Shown one piece after another: positions 1 through 7,867 of a DNA stretch of 32,000 nt. The position numbers and the translations under genes are program-made. The notes under the pieces are model-generated. The model was not told the DNA's origin, searched no databases, and worked only from the letters and a program-made list of their open reading frames with translations. Source of the DNA: Propionibacterium ruminifibrarum (GTDB lineage: Bacteria; Actinomycetota; Actinomycetes; Propionibacteriales; Propionibacteriaceae); the NCBI RefSeq assembly GCF_900289195.1, contig NZ_OMOH01000001.1:148706-180705 (forward strand), read 5' to 3'. The number at the start of each line of letters is the position of its first letter. Within the stretch, counting starts at the first letter, position 1.

Positions 1-171
1 GGGGGGGGGAAGCTGTCGCGTGACGCAATCATGGTGGCGGTGAAGTCTGTGGAATTGAGTCCCTCATAGTGGTGTAACGCGGTGGTCTCGTGGTCGTCTT
101 GGACGAGGACGCGGCCACCGTGTGATCCTTCGAGTGAACCTCTCACAGCACTCTCGAACGGAGTCATCACG

Positions 172-1422
172 ATGACCGCTTACCACATGTCGGCCCTCGC
201 GGCTTGCTCGGTGAAGCCCTTACCGAAGCGTCCCCGGATTTGATGCGCAGCCTTCTCCAGGACGTGATCAATGCCCTGCTGTCCGCGGACGCGGACGCTG
301 TTGCCGGCGCGGAGTACGGCCGGCCCAGCCCGGACCGGTCCGCCCAGCGTAATGGCTACCGCCATCGTGATCTCGATACCCGTGTGGGCACGATTGACGT
401 TGCGATCCCCAAGCTACGCTCCAGCACCTATTTCCCCGAGTGGCTGCTGGAGCGCCGCAAGCGCGCCGAGTCCGCGCTGATCACGGTCGTGGCGGACTGC
501 TACCTCGCCGGCGTCTCCACTGGTCGCATGGACAAGTTGGTCAAGACCTTGGGCATCAACAACCTCTCGAAGTCGCAGATCTCTCGCATGGCCTCGGATC
601 TGGACGAGCACGTCGAGCAGTTCCGCCACCGCCCGCTGTCGGAGTCTGGCCCGTTCACGTTCGTGGCCGCCGACGCCTTGACGATGAAGGTCCGCGAGGG
701 CGGCCGGGTCATCAACGCCGTCGTGCTCCTGGCCACCGGCGTCAACGGCGACGGGCACCGCGAAGTCCTCGGCATGCAGGTCGCGACCTCCGAGACCGGC
801 GCGGCCTGGAACAGTTTCTTCGCCGATCTGGTCGCCCGCGGCCCGGGCAGGGGTCCGCCTGGTCACATCCGACGCTCATGCCGGGCTGGTCGAAGCGATC
901 GCAGCCCACCTACCTGGCGCAGCCTGGCAGCGCTGCCGCACCCATTACGCGGCGAACCTGATGAGTGTCTGTCCCAAGGACACGTGGCCGGCAGTGAAAG
1001 CGATGCTGCACAGTGTCTACGACCAGCCCGACGCCACCGCCGTGAACGCCCAGTTCGAGCGGCTGCTGGACTACGTTGGCGAGAAACTCCCGGCCGTGGC
1101 CGAGCATCTCGACGACGCCCGCGCCGACTTGCTGGCGTTCACCGCGTTCCCCAAGAATGTATGGGCCCAGATCTGGTCGAACAACCCCACCGAACGCCTC
1201 AACCGGGAAATCCGCCGCCGCACCGACTCCGTCGGCATCTTCCCCACCCGCGACGCGATCATCCGCCTCGTCGGCGCAGTACTGGCCGAACAGACCGATG
1301 AATGGGCCGAAGGCCGCCGCTATCTCGGCCTGGACGTCCTGACCCGCTGCCGTCTCAACGCCATCACCGACGCCACAACACAGGAGATAACTACCAACCC
1401 CCCGCCCTCCCTCACCGCCTAA
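172..1422 (+). pseudogene. IS256-family (mutator-type) transposase, frameshifted
   Basis: The 204..1301 frame gives LLGEALTEASPDLMRSLLQDVINALLSADADAV...YRHRDLDTRVGTIDVAIPKLR...YFPEWLLERRKRAE. The homologous continuation VRLVTSDAHAGLVEAIAAHLPGAAWQRCRTHYAANLMSVCPK... is in the 961..1422 frame, implying a 1-nt indel near 850. The N-terminus MTAYHMSALAA (172) is in yet another frame, so a second indel near 200 is likely. Confidence 0.85.
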
Positions 1423-1506
1423 TCCCCAACGAAGGACCACTACACACTTGGAGTGCTTGGTGTTTTTCGAACAGTGGGTGAAATGATCGTGAGGTAGAAT
1501 TAGATC

Positions 1507-1794
1507 ATGTCGGCACCGAAATACAGTGCGGAGTTCAAGGAACAAGTCGTTCCAGAGGTCGTCCAGAAGTCCAGGCCGATAGCCGAGGTCGCCAGGTCGT
1601 ATGGTCTTGTGGCGCAGACGGTTGGGAACTGGGTCGCGAAATGGCGGAAAGAACACCCCGACCCCGGTACTGATGGCACCACCGCGGAAGAACACGCCGA
1701 GATCAGGCGCCTGAAAGCTGAACTCCGGGAAGCCCGCATGGAGGCCGAGTTCCTGAAAAAAGCGGCGGCCTTCTTCGCCCAGGAGTCCGGGTGA
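1507..1794 (+). CDS. IS3-family transposase OrfA (HTH subunit)
   Basis: The 95-aa ORF reads MSAPKYSAEFKEQVV...VARSYGLVAQTVGNWVAKWRKE...LKAELREARMEAEFLKKAAAFFAQE, a typical IS3 OrfA with an HTH and a leucine-zipper-like C-terminus. Confidence 0.85.
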   Translation: MSAPKYSAEFKEQVVPEVVQKSRPIAEVARSYGLVAQTVGNWVAKWRKEHPDPGTDGTTAEEHAEIRRLKAELREARMEAEFLKKAAAFFAQESG

Positions 1795-2391
1795 GCGTGA
1801 AATACCGTTGCATCAACCGCGAGGAAGGCAACTACCCGGTCCGCTCCATGTGCCGGTGGGCGAAAGTATCCAAGTCAGGCTACTACGCGTGGCGAAACCG
1901 ACCCAAGTCCTCAACGGCCCGGCGGAGGGAAGACCTGACGGCCATCATCAAAGTAATCTTCGCCGAGTCCGAGCAGACCTACGGCTACCGCCGAATCCAC
2001 GCCGAGCTGGCCCGAAACCGAACCCGGGTCTCGCGCGACACGGTCCGCAAGATCATGGCAGCAGAAGGTCTCGTTGCTTGTCAGCCCACGAAACGAGCCA
2101 AGACGACCACCCCTGCCCCCGACCTTCCAGGCCGGCCCGACCGACTGGGAAGGGACTTCACCGCCACCGCCCCGGGAATGAAATGGGTGGGCGACATCAC
2201 GTACATCCCGACCTGGCAGGGATTCGCCTACCTCGCGGTGGTTATGGACTGCTTCAGCCGGAAGATCGTCGGGCACACGAATCGCCGGTCACATGCGCAC
2301 CGGACTCGTCACCCAAGCCCTGGCTATGGCCCTGCGAAACTGCCCACCAACCCGCGGTGTCACTGTCTTTCACTCGGACCGGGGAGCCCAA
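1755..2391 (+). pseudogene. IS3-family transposase OrfB, 5' part (DDE integrase core), frameshifted and then cut by IS30
   Basis: The sequence reads ...YGYRRIHAELA...KWVGDITYIPTWQGFAYLAVVMDCFSRKIVG, then a 1-nt indel near 2275, then GHMRTGLVTQALAMAL...VTVFHSDRGAQ, ending exactly at the IS30 junction. Confidence 0.8.
1756..1762 (+). promoter_or_regulatory. Putative programmed -1 ribosomal frameshift heptamer AAAAAAG (orfA to orfB)
   Basis: An A6G run sits near the end of orfA. The -1 frame is open from here (EKSGGLLRPGVRVSVKYRCI...) into orfB. The motif is lost in copy 2 (GAGGAAAG). Confidence 0.5.
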
Positions 2392-3886
2392 GGTGGGTTC
2401 AACTGGTCGTCGCAACACCTTGAGGTGAGAGGTGTGGTTGATGGTGGTCGAGGACTGGGGTTTGAGGGTCGGGGGCGTGCCGGGGGTGGTGCGTCGGCAG
2501 TGGCGGGCTGATCGCGCGTTGCGGCCTGCGATGCGGTCCCCGGGTAGGCCAGAACCGTCTCGGGCGGTGCAGCGGCAGTTCTGGCGGATCATCGCGACTG
2601 GTGTCACGACTGCGGAAGCGGCGACGATGGTGGGCGTGTCTGTTCCGGTTGGTTCACGCTGGTTTCGTCACGCTGGGGGCATGCCGCCCATCCGTTTATC
2701 TGAGCCCAATGGTCGTTATTTGTCCTTTGAGGAGCGGGAGGAGATCGCGATCTTGCGGGCCAAGGGGGCCGGGTCCGTGCCATCGCGCGTGCTATCGGTC
2801 GTGATCCCGGTACCGTGTCACGGGAGTTACGGCGTAATGCCGCCACGAGGAGCGGGAAACTGCAGTACCGGGCCACGGTGGCCCAGTGGAAGGCCCAGCA
2901 AGCGGCCAAACGACCCAAGACCGCGAAACTGGTTACCAATCCCCGATTACGGGAGTACGTCCAAGACCGTCTCGCGGGCAGGGTCACCGGCCCTGACGGC
3001 ACGCCTGTCACCGGGCCCGCCACACCGGCTTGGAAGGGTCTGAACAAGCCTCGTAGACAAGACAGGCGATGGGCAACGGCTTGGAGCCCTGAGCAGATCA
3101 GTAACCGCTTGAAGCTGGACTTCCCCGATGATGAATCCATGCGGATCAGTCACGAGGCGATCTACCAGTCACTGTTCATCGAGGGGCGCGGCGCGCTCAA
3201 ACGCGAGCTCGTGGCCTGCCTGCGGACCGGGCGAGCCTTGCGGCGGCCAAGGGAACGTTCCCGCAACAAGCCCCACGGTCACGTCACTGCTGATGTCGTG
3301 ATCAGCAGACGCCCCGCACAGGCCGCCGATCGAGCAGTTCCAGGCCACTGGGAAGGCGACCTGATCATCGGAACAGGCCGGTCTGCGATCGGTACCCTGG
3401 TCGAACGCAGTAGCCGCGCCACGATCCTTGTTCATCTGCCCCGACTGGAAGGCTACGGCGAGCAGCCACGCGGCAAGAACGGCCCCGCCCTGGCCGGATA
3501 CGGCGCTGAAGCGATGAACACCGCGCTGGCCGCCTCGATCACGGCCCTGCCCCAGCAACTACGCAAGACCATCACCTGGGACCGCGGCAAAGAACTATCC
3601 GGCCACGCAGCCTTCACCATGGCAACAGGAACACGAGTTTACTTCGCCGACCCCCACTCACCCTGGCAGCGCCCCACTAACGAGAACACCAACGGGCTCC
3701 TGCGCCAGTACTTCCCCAAAGGCACCGACCTGTCCCGCTGGAACGCCACAGACCTCGAAGCAGTCGCCCACACCCTCAACAACCGACCCCGCAAAATCCT
3801 AGGATGGAAAACCCCAGCAGAAGTCTTCAACGAACAACTACAATCACTCAAACAAGCCAGTGTTGCAACGACCGATTGAACCCAGT
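2392..3886 (+). mobile_element. IS30-family element (1495 bp) inserted in IS3 orfB
   Basis: Terminal IRs are GGTGGGTTCAACTGGTCGTCGCAACAC (2392..) and the reverse complement of GTGTTGCAACGACCGATTGAACCCAGT (..3886). A 3-bp TSD CAA lies at 2389..2391 and 3887..3889. Removing the element restores HSDRGAQ|YTS in IS3 orfB. Confidence 0.85.
2531..3879 (+). pseudogene. IS30-family transposase with a single frameshift
   Basis: The N-terminal part MRSPGRPEPSRAVQRQFWRIIATGVTTAEAATMVGVS...EEREEIAILRAKGAG is in one frame. VRAIARAIGRDPGTVSRELRRN...GHWEGDLIIG...TWDRGKE...NENTNGLLRQYFPKGTDL is in the next frame. The shift lies in a G-run near 2778 (GGG where GGGG would keep the frame). Confidence 0.8.
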
Positions 3887-4177
3887 CAATACACGTCGGC
3901 CGAATACACGCAATTCATGACCGACCGTGGGATTCTCTCGTCCGTGGGCCGGACCGGTAGCTGCTTCGACAACGCCGCCGCCGAGTCCTTCAACGCGATC
4001 CTGAAAAAAGAACTCACCAACCGTAAGGTCTACCCGACCCGCCTGCACGCGGCCCGGGACGTGACAGCCTGGATCGAGTTACGATACAATCACAAACGCC
4101 TCCACTCAGCCATCGACTACCAGACCCCCAACGAAGTCGACACCGAATGGAGACAACACCACAAGACAGCAGCCTAA
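3887..4177 (+). pseudogene. IS3-family transposase OrfB, 3' part
   Basis: QYTSAEYTQFMTDRGILSSVGRTGSCFDNAAAESFNAILKKEL...RYNHKRLHSAIDYQTPNE is the canonical IS3 OrfB C-terminus, in frame with the 5' part across the IS30 insertion. Confidence 0.8.
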
Positions 4178-4237
4178 AACCAACCACCAACCACTGTCCG
4201 AAAAACCTATATCACTTCAACTCCCAGGGACTTGACC

Positions 4238-5128
4238 GTCTGTGGTGGTCGATCGGATGTCGATTGCCCGGGCCTCGGCCAACCTCGGTGTTGCCTGGAA
4301 CACCGCCTCGGATGCGATCTTGGCCGCCGGCACCGAGTTGCTGAGCGACAACGCTGACCGGCTGGAGGGCGTCACCACGGTCGGGGCCGATGAGTATGTC
4401 TGGCGGCGCACCCAAGCTGGCGACAAGTACGTCACCGGCATCATCGACTTGACCCTGACAAGGACCAAGATCGGAGCGCCGAGGTTGTTGGCGGTGGTGG
4501 AGGGCCGATCGAAGCAGGCATTCAAGTCCTGACTCGACGCCCAACTGAGGCGTTCCGTGACCGGGTGGAGAGCGTCGCGATGGACGGCTTCACCGGTTAC
4601 AAGACCGCAGCACTCGAAGCGATCGACACTGTGGTCACAGTCATGGATTCCTTCCATGTGGTGGCCCTGGTCGCAGAGAAGCTGGACCACTGCCGGCAAC
4701 GCGTCCAACACGAGGCTCTGGGGCATCGGGGACGCCCCGGTGACCCGCTCTACGGCATCCGCCGCGCCGCCCGCACCCGGGCAGGGCTGTTGACCACCAA
4801 GCAGCAGCACCGGCTCGCGAAGGTGTTCGTTGACGAGCGACATATCGCGTTCGAGGTCACCTGGAGCTTCTACCAAGAACGTGATAGACGCCTACCAAGC
4901 CCACGACCCAGCCGAGGGGAAGAAGATCATGACCCGTTTGATCACCAGCATCCACAGCGGAGTTCCGAGTGGCTTCGACTAGCTACGGCCACTAGGACAC
5001 ACTGACACGGCGCCGCGATAACACCCTGGCGTTCTTCTATCACCCCGGCACATCGGACGGCCCCACCAAGACCGTAACGGACTGCCCGAACACCTCCGCT
5101 TCAGACCACTGATCCACTCACTTCTGTG
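4238..5128 (+). pseudogene. ISL3-family transposase, decayed (TGG to TGA nonsense near 4530 and several frameshifts)
   Basis: Successive frames read ...TTVGADEYVWRR...VTGIIDLT...LLAVVEGRSKQAFKS*LDAQ, then EAFRDRVESVAMDGFTGYKTAALEAIDTVVTVMDSFHVVALVAEKLDHCRQRVQHEALGHRGRPGDPLYGIRR..., then NVIDAYQAHDPAEGKKIM...LAFFYHPGTSDGPT... The stop falls inside the right IR. Confidence 0.75.
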
Positions 5129-5135
5129 AAGAGCC
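5106..5135. repeat. ISL3 right terminal inverted repeat
   Basis: CCACTGATCCACTCACTTCTGTGAAGAGCC is the reverse complement of GGCTCTTCACAGAAGTGAGTGGATCAGTGG, which is GGCTCTTC-type. Confidence 0.6.
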
Positions 5136-5309
5136 GTTTCGCCGGAACACGGGGTACTGGGGAGCCGCGGATTCGGCCCGCGCTCAAGAACGGCGTGGTG
5201 CGCGGACCATGGTGTGGAAGCAACGGTGCTGAGGGCTTCAAGCGGCAGACATAAGACACCAGCCTCCCGCGATCGACACAGTGCCAGCTTCTCCTCAAGG
5301 TTGGCACCA

Positions 5310-5326
5310 TTCTCTTCACAGGAGTG
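5310..5326 (+). repeat. Orphan ISL3 IR-like sequence facing rightward
   Basis: ttCTCTTCACAGgAGTG matches the reverse complement of the 5135 terminus (GGCTCTTCACAGAAGTG) at 14 of 15 core positions. No transposase gene follows it. Confidence 0.35.
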
Positions 5327-5410
5327 TACGATTGAGAGTACAGCTTGACACCTGAGCGGTTGGAGCGCCAGCCACGTAGCCAGCCAGATCCTCGCCCCGA
5401 GAAGCTCTCG

Positions 5411-6952
5411 ATGCTATCCTCGGAGGGACAGACAAGCATCAAACAAGGGGCAAAAGTGGTCATCAATGAGGCTGTATCTGGGTTACTTCTTGACGAACGC
5501 AACCCACGGTTCCGAGAGCAAGTTAACGGACAGGATGAAGCCGTCACAGTGCTCCTACTAGACGCTGCAGACAAGCTCGTCAACCTTGCACATGACATCG
5601 CAACGCAGAATTCGCTCAATCCAACAGACCTCCCAGTCGTAGTTGAAGAAGATGGCGAACTGGTCGTTATCGAGGGGAATAGGCGGCTTGCCGCGCTAAA
5701 GCTGCTTCGTAATCCGGCTCTCGCGACGGCGGCAGCAGCGGAGTTGGACGAACCTCTTGTTGGGAAGTTCAAGACGCTTCAGCAGATTGGCGTCGGCCCG
5801 GACTCGATTGACGCCTTTCAGGCAGATAGTCGCGAGGCTGCACGGCACTGGATCAAACTGCGACACACAGGTGAGAACGACGGGGTCGGCGTTGTTGGGT
5901 GGAAATCATGGCAAACCAATAATTATCGACGCAGGAGAGGGAGTCAAGCTGACCGAGCCACGATGTTTTGTGAGGCAGTGGAAGTCGATTTCCCGGACGA
6001 CACAGAGCTGCTATCCAACGTGGTGGCCGTACGTCAAAATCGTTTGACAACCCTGGGGCGTTTGGTTGCAGATCCTGACGTTCGTCGCGATTTTGGCTTC
6101 CAGTTTGATGAGGACGCTGTGCTGTTTGATTACGAGACCGATGATCTTCGCGCTGGAGTGAGTCGTATCTTCAGCGATCTTGCCCTGACGGCCAATGGCG
6201 TGAGCGTTACTGATATCAAGTCGAAAGACCAACGCCGACAGTACGTGGCTGATCGTTCCGAAGTTTTACCCAACAGGGCGAATCGACTTTCCACCCCCAG
6301 ACGCCCTGGTGAGAAGTCCTCACTTGATCTCTTAGATGAGAATGATGGTGGTACCAGTACTGATGTTAGAGGCGGCGTTTCTAGTGTCGGATCAGGTGTG
6401 GGCAATGGTGCAGGGTCAGCAGGAAACAGAACTTCCACCAGCGGAGAGTTGAACAACAGAGGTGGGATTTCTGTTAAAGGCAGGAACGGGAAGACCCCGC
6501 CACCAGAAAACGTGATTTTCAAATCGTTGAAGATGCCTCACTTAAATCCGCGCATTCGAGAACTTCTCGACATGTCTCATAAGATCAACATCGTCGATGC
6601 TGCGCCTGTTAGCGGGATACTGGTACGCGTCCTCTTGGAGCTCACCGTCACTGAGGCTATCGCCTGCGGAGCCGTCACAGGCGCGACGGAGGGTGACTCG
6701 CTGAAGAAGAAGGTTCGGCAGGCGTTGTTGACGCTTGACCGCAATTGCGAGAACCCGTCTAAGCGAGACAAGTCGCTGGAAATGGCTTGGACGAGAACCC
6801 AAGATGGAGATGCGTTAGCTGTCCAATCCTTAAACGCCTTCGTTCATAACATCCATGGCAACGCTGCCCCGTCAGAAGTGCGGGCCCTGAGTCAGACGTT
6901 CCGACCCGTGTTGGAGCGTTTGGATCAACTCATTGGCAGCCACGTAAAGTGA
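5411..6952 (+). CDS. ParB/Srx N-terminal-domain protein with a Gly/Ser/Asn-rich linker and a helical C-terminal domain of unknown function
   Basis: The ORF is open from 5345. Candidate starts are ATG 5411 and GTG 5456, the latter preceded by AAGGGG. Motifs are LLLDERNPRF, then LPVVVEEDGELVVIEGNRRLAALKLL, whose GxxRxxA box lies at 5675..5695. The stop overlaps the start of the downstream methyltransferase (GTGA). Confidence 0.7.
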   Translation: MLSSEGQTSIKQGAKVVINEAVSGLLLDERNPRFREQVNGQDEAVTVLLLDAADKLVNLAHDIATQNSLNPTDLPVVVEEDGELVVIEGNRRLAALKLLRNPALATAAAAELDEPLVGKFKTLQQIGVGPDSIDAFQADSREAARHWIKLRHTGENDGVGVVGWKSWQTNNYRRRRGSQADRATMFCEAVEVDFPDDTELLSNVVAVRQNRLTTLGRLVADPDVRRDFGFQFDEDAVLFDYETDDLRAGVSRIFSDLALTANGVSVTDIKSKDQRRQYVADRSEVLPNRANRLSTPRRPGEKSSLDLLDENDGGTSTDVRGGVSSVGSGVGNGAGSAGNRTSTSGELNNRGGISVKGRNGKTPPPENVIFKSLKMPHLNPRIRELLDMSHKINIVDAAPVSGILVRVLLELTVTEAIACGAVTGATEGDSLKKKVRQALLTLDRNCENPSKRDKSLEMAWTRTQDGDALAVQSLNAFVHNIHGNAAPSEVRALSQTFRPVLERLDQLIGSHVK

Positions 6953-7827
6953 GTCATCCGTTTCTCAGCCCGCTCCGATATCCGGGGGGCAAAGCTCGCG
7001 TCGCACCTTACCTCGCATCATTGATGCGCACCCAGTCGCCTCGACCAACGATTTATGCAGAGCCCTTCGCTGGCGGCGCTGGTGCCGCCCTCCGTCTACT
7101 TGTCGATGAACAAGTGCGCGCGGTCCGTATCAACGATCTCGCGCCAGGGATCGCCGCTTTCTGGCGGTGTGTCTTCTATGACACCGAGCGGTTCGCTAGA
7201 AAGATAGAGAGTGCCGTTGTTGATCTTGAGCAATGGAAACAGGCGAGACAGATATTTGAGAGCCCTTTTGGGCAAGAGGATCTCGAACTTGGATTCGCAA
7301 CGTTTTTCCTGAATAGGTGTAATCGATCTGGCATTCTTACCGCACGCCCGATTGGAGGAATGAACCAGACGGGCAAGTGGAAAATTGATGCACGATTTAA
7401 CCGGGTAGACCTTGCGGAACGGGTGCGTCGCTTGGGGCAGTACCGCCGACGAGTACAAGTCTCGCAGCTAGATGGCCGGGAATTCATGAGAACGCTCCAA
7501 CCACTAGGTAGCGATGCTTTCGCTTACGTCGACCCGCCCTACATTGTTCAAGGTGAGAACCTGTACCTCGATTCGCTTTCATATGATGATCACAGACTTC
7601 TCGCAGCAGAACTACGCGCCTCCTCAACTCCTTGGATGCTGACATACGATGTCAGCGAGCGCGTGACCGAAGAGCTCTATGCTGGACTGCGAATGGCTCG
7701 GTTTGACATCGCTCACACGGCGCAACGCCAACACATCGGCTCAGAAATTGTCGTGTTCAGTGAGAACATTGACATCGAAAGCATTCAACTGCTCAGAGGT
7801 GCAAATGCCTCTTGGGTGTCGGCTTAG
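6949..7827 (+). CDS. D12-class (Dam-like) DNA N6-adenine methyltransferase
   Basis: Motifs are PLRYPGGK at the N-terminus, EPFAGGAG (the AdoMet site) and YVDPPY (DPPY at 7531..7542). The 292-aa length is typical of Dam-family enzymes. Confidence 0.85.
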   Translation: MSHPFLSPLRYPGGKARVAPYLASLMRTQSPRPTIYAEPFAGGAGAALRLLVDEQVRAVRINDLAPGIAAFWRCVFYDTERFARKIESAVVDLEQWKQARQIFESPFGQEDLELGFATFFLNRCNRSGILTARPIGGMNQTGKWKIDARFNRVDLAERVRRLGQYRRRVQVSQLDGREFMRTLQPLGSDAFAYVDPPYIVQGENLYLDSLSYDDHRLLAAELRASSTPWMLTYDVSERVTEELYAGLRMARFDIAHTAQRQHIGSEIVVFSENIDIESIQLLRGANASWVSA

Positions 7828-7867
7828 TGAATTGCCTCGGTGGGTCTGGGGGTGTCCCTGTGTTCCT

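Larger units (their letters stand above)
1449..4219 (+). mobile_element. IS3-family element, copy 1 (about 1.27 kb without the nested IS30), inserted into the right IR of the IS256 element
   Basis: Termini are TGGAGTG... and ...CACTTCA, with imperfect IRs containing GTTTTTCGRACAGTGG. A 3-bp TSD ACT lies at 1446..1448 and 4220..4222. It has the orfA/orfB architecture. Confidence 0.85.
53..4237 (+). mobile_element. IS256-family element, about 1.41 kb without its nested insert
   Basis: An 8-bp direct repeat GTCTGTGG lies at 45..52 and 4238..4245, matching the 8-9 bp TSD typical of IS256. Imperfect terminal IRs are AGTCCCTnnnAGTG(G)TGTA at 58.. and the reverse complement across 4220..4233 plus 1440..1448. 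The size after removing the nested IS3 is typical for the family. Confidence 0.8.
1..5135 (+). mobile_element. ISL3-family IS remnant. It is the outermost element; its left part runs off the window and it is split by the IS256 insertion.
   Basis: The reading frame at 11..52 (KLSRDAIMVAVKSV) continues in frame at 4238 (VVDRMSIARASANLGVAWNT...) once the 53..4237 insert and one copy of the 8-bp duplication are removed. The element ends at 5135 with ...CACTTCTGTGAAGAGCC, the reverse complement of the GGCTCTTC... terminus typical of ISL3 elements. Confidence 0.7.

Noticed and set aside
5101-5772. A 223-aa Ser-rich minus-strand ORF overlapping the start of the ParB-like gene and the ISL3 end
   Set aside because: The translation is low-complexity (Ser/Ala/Arg runs) with no motifs. 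It crosses the ISL3 terminal repeat and is antisense to a well-supported ORF.
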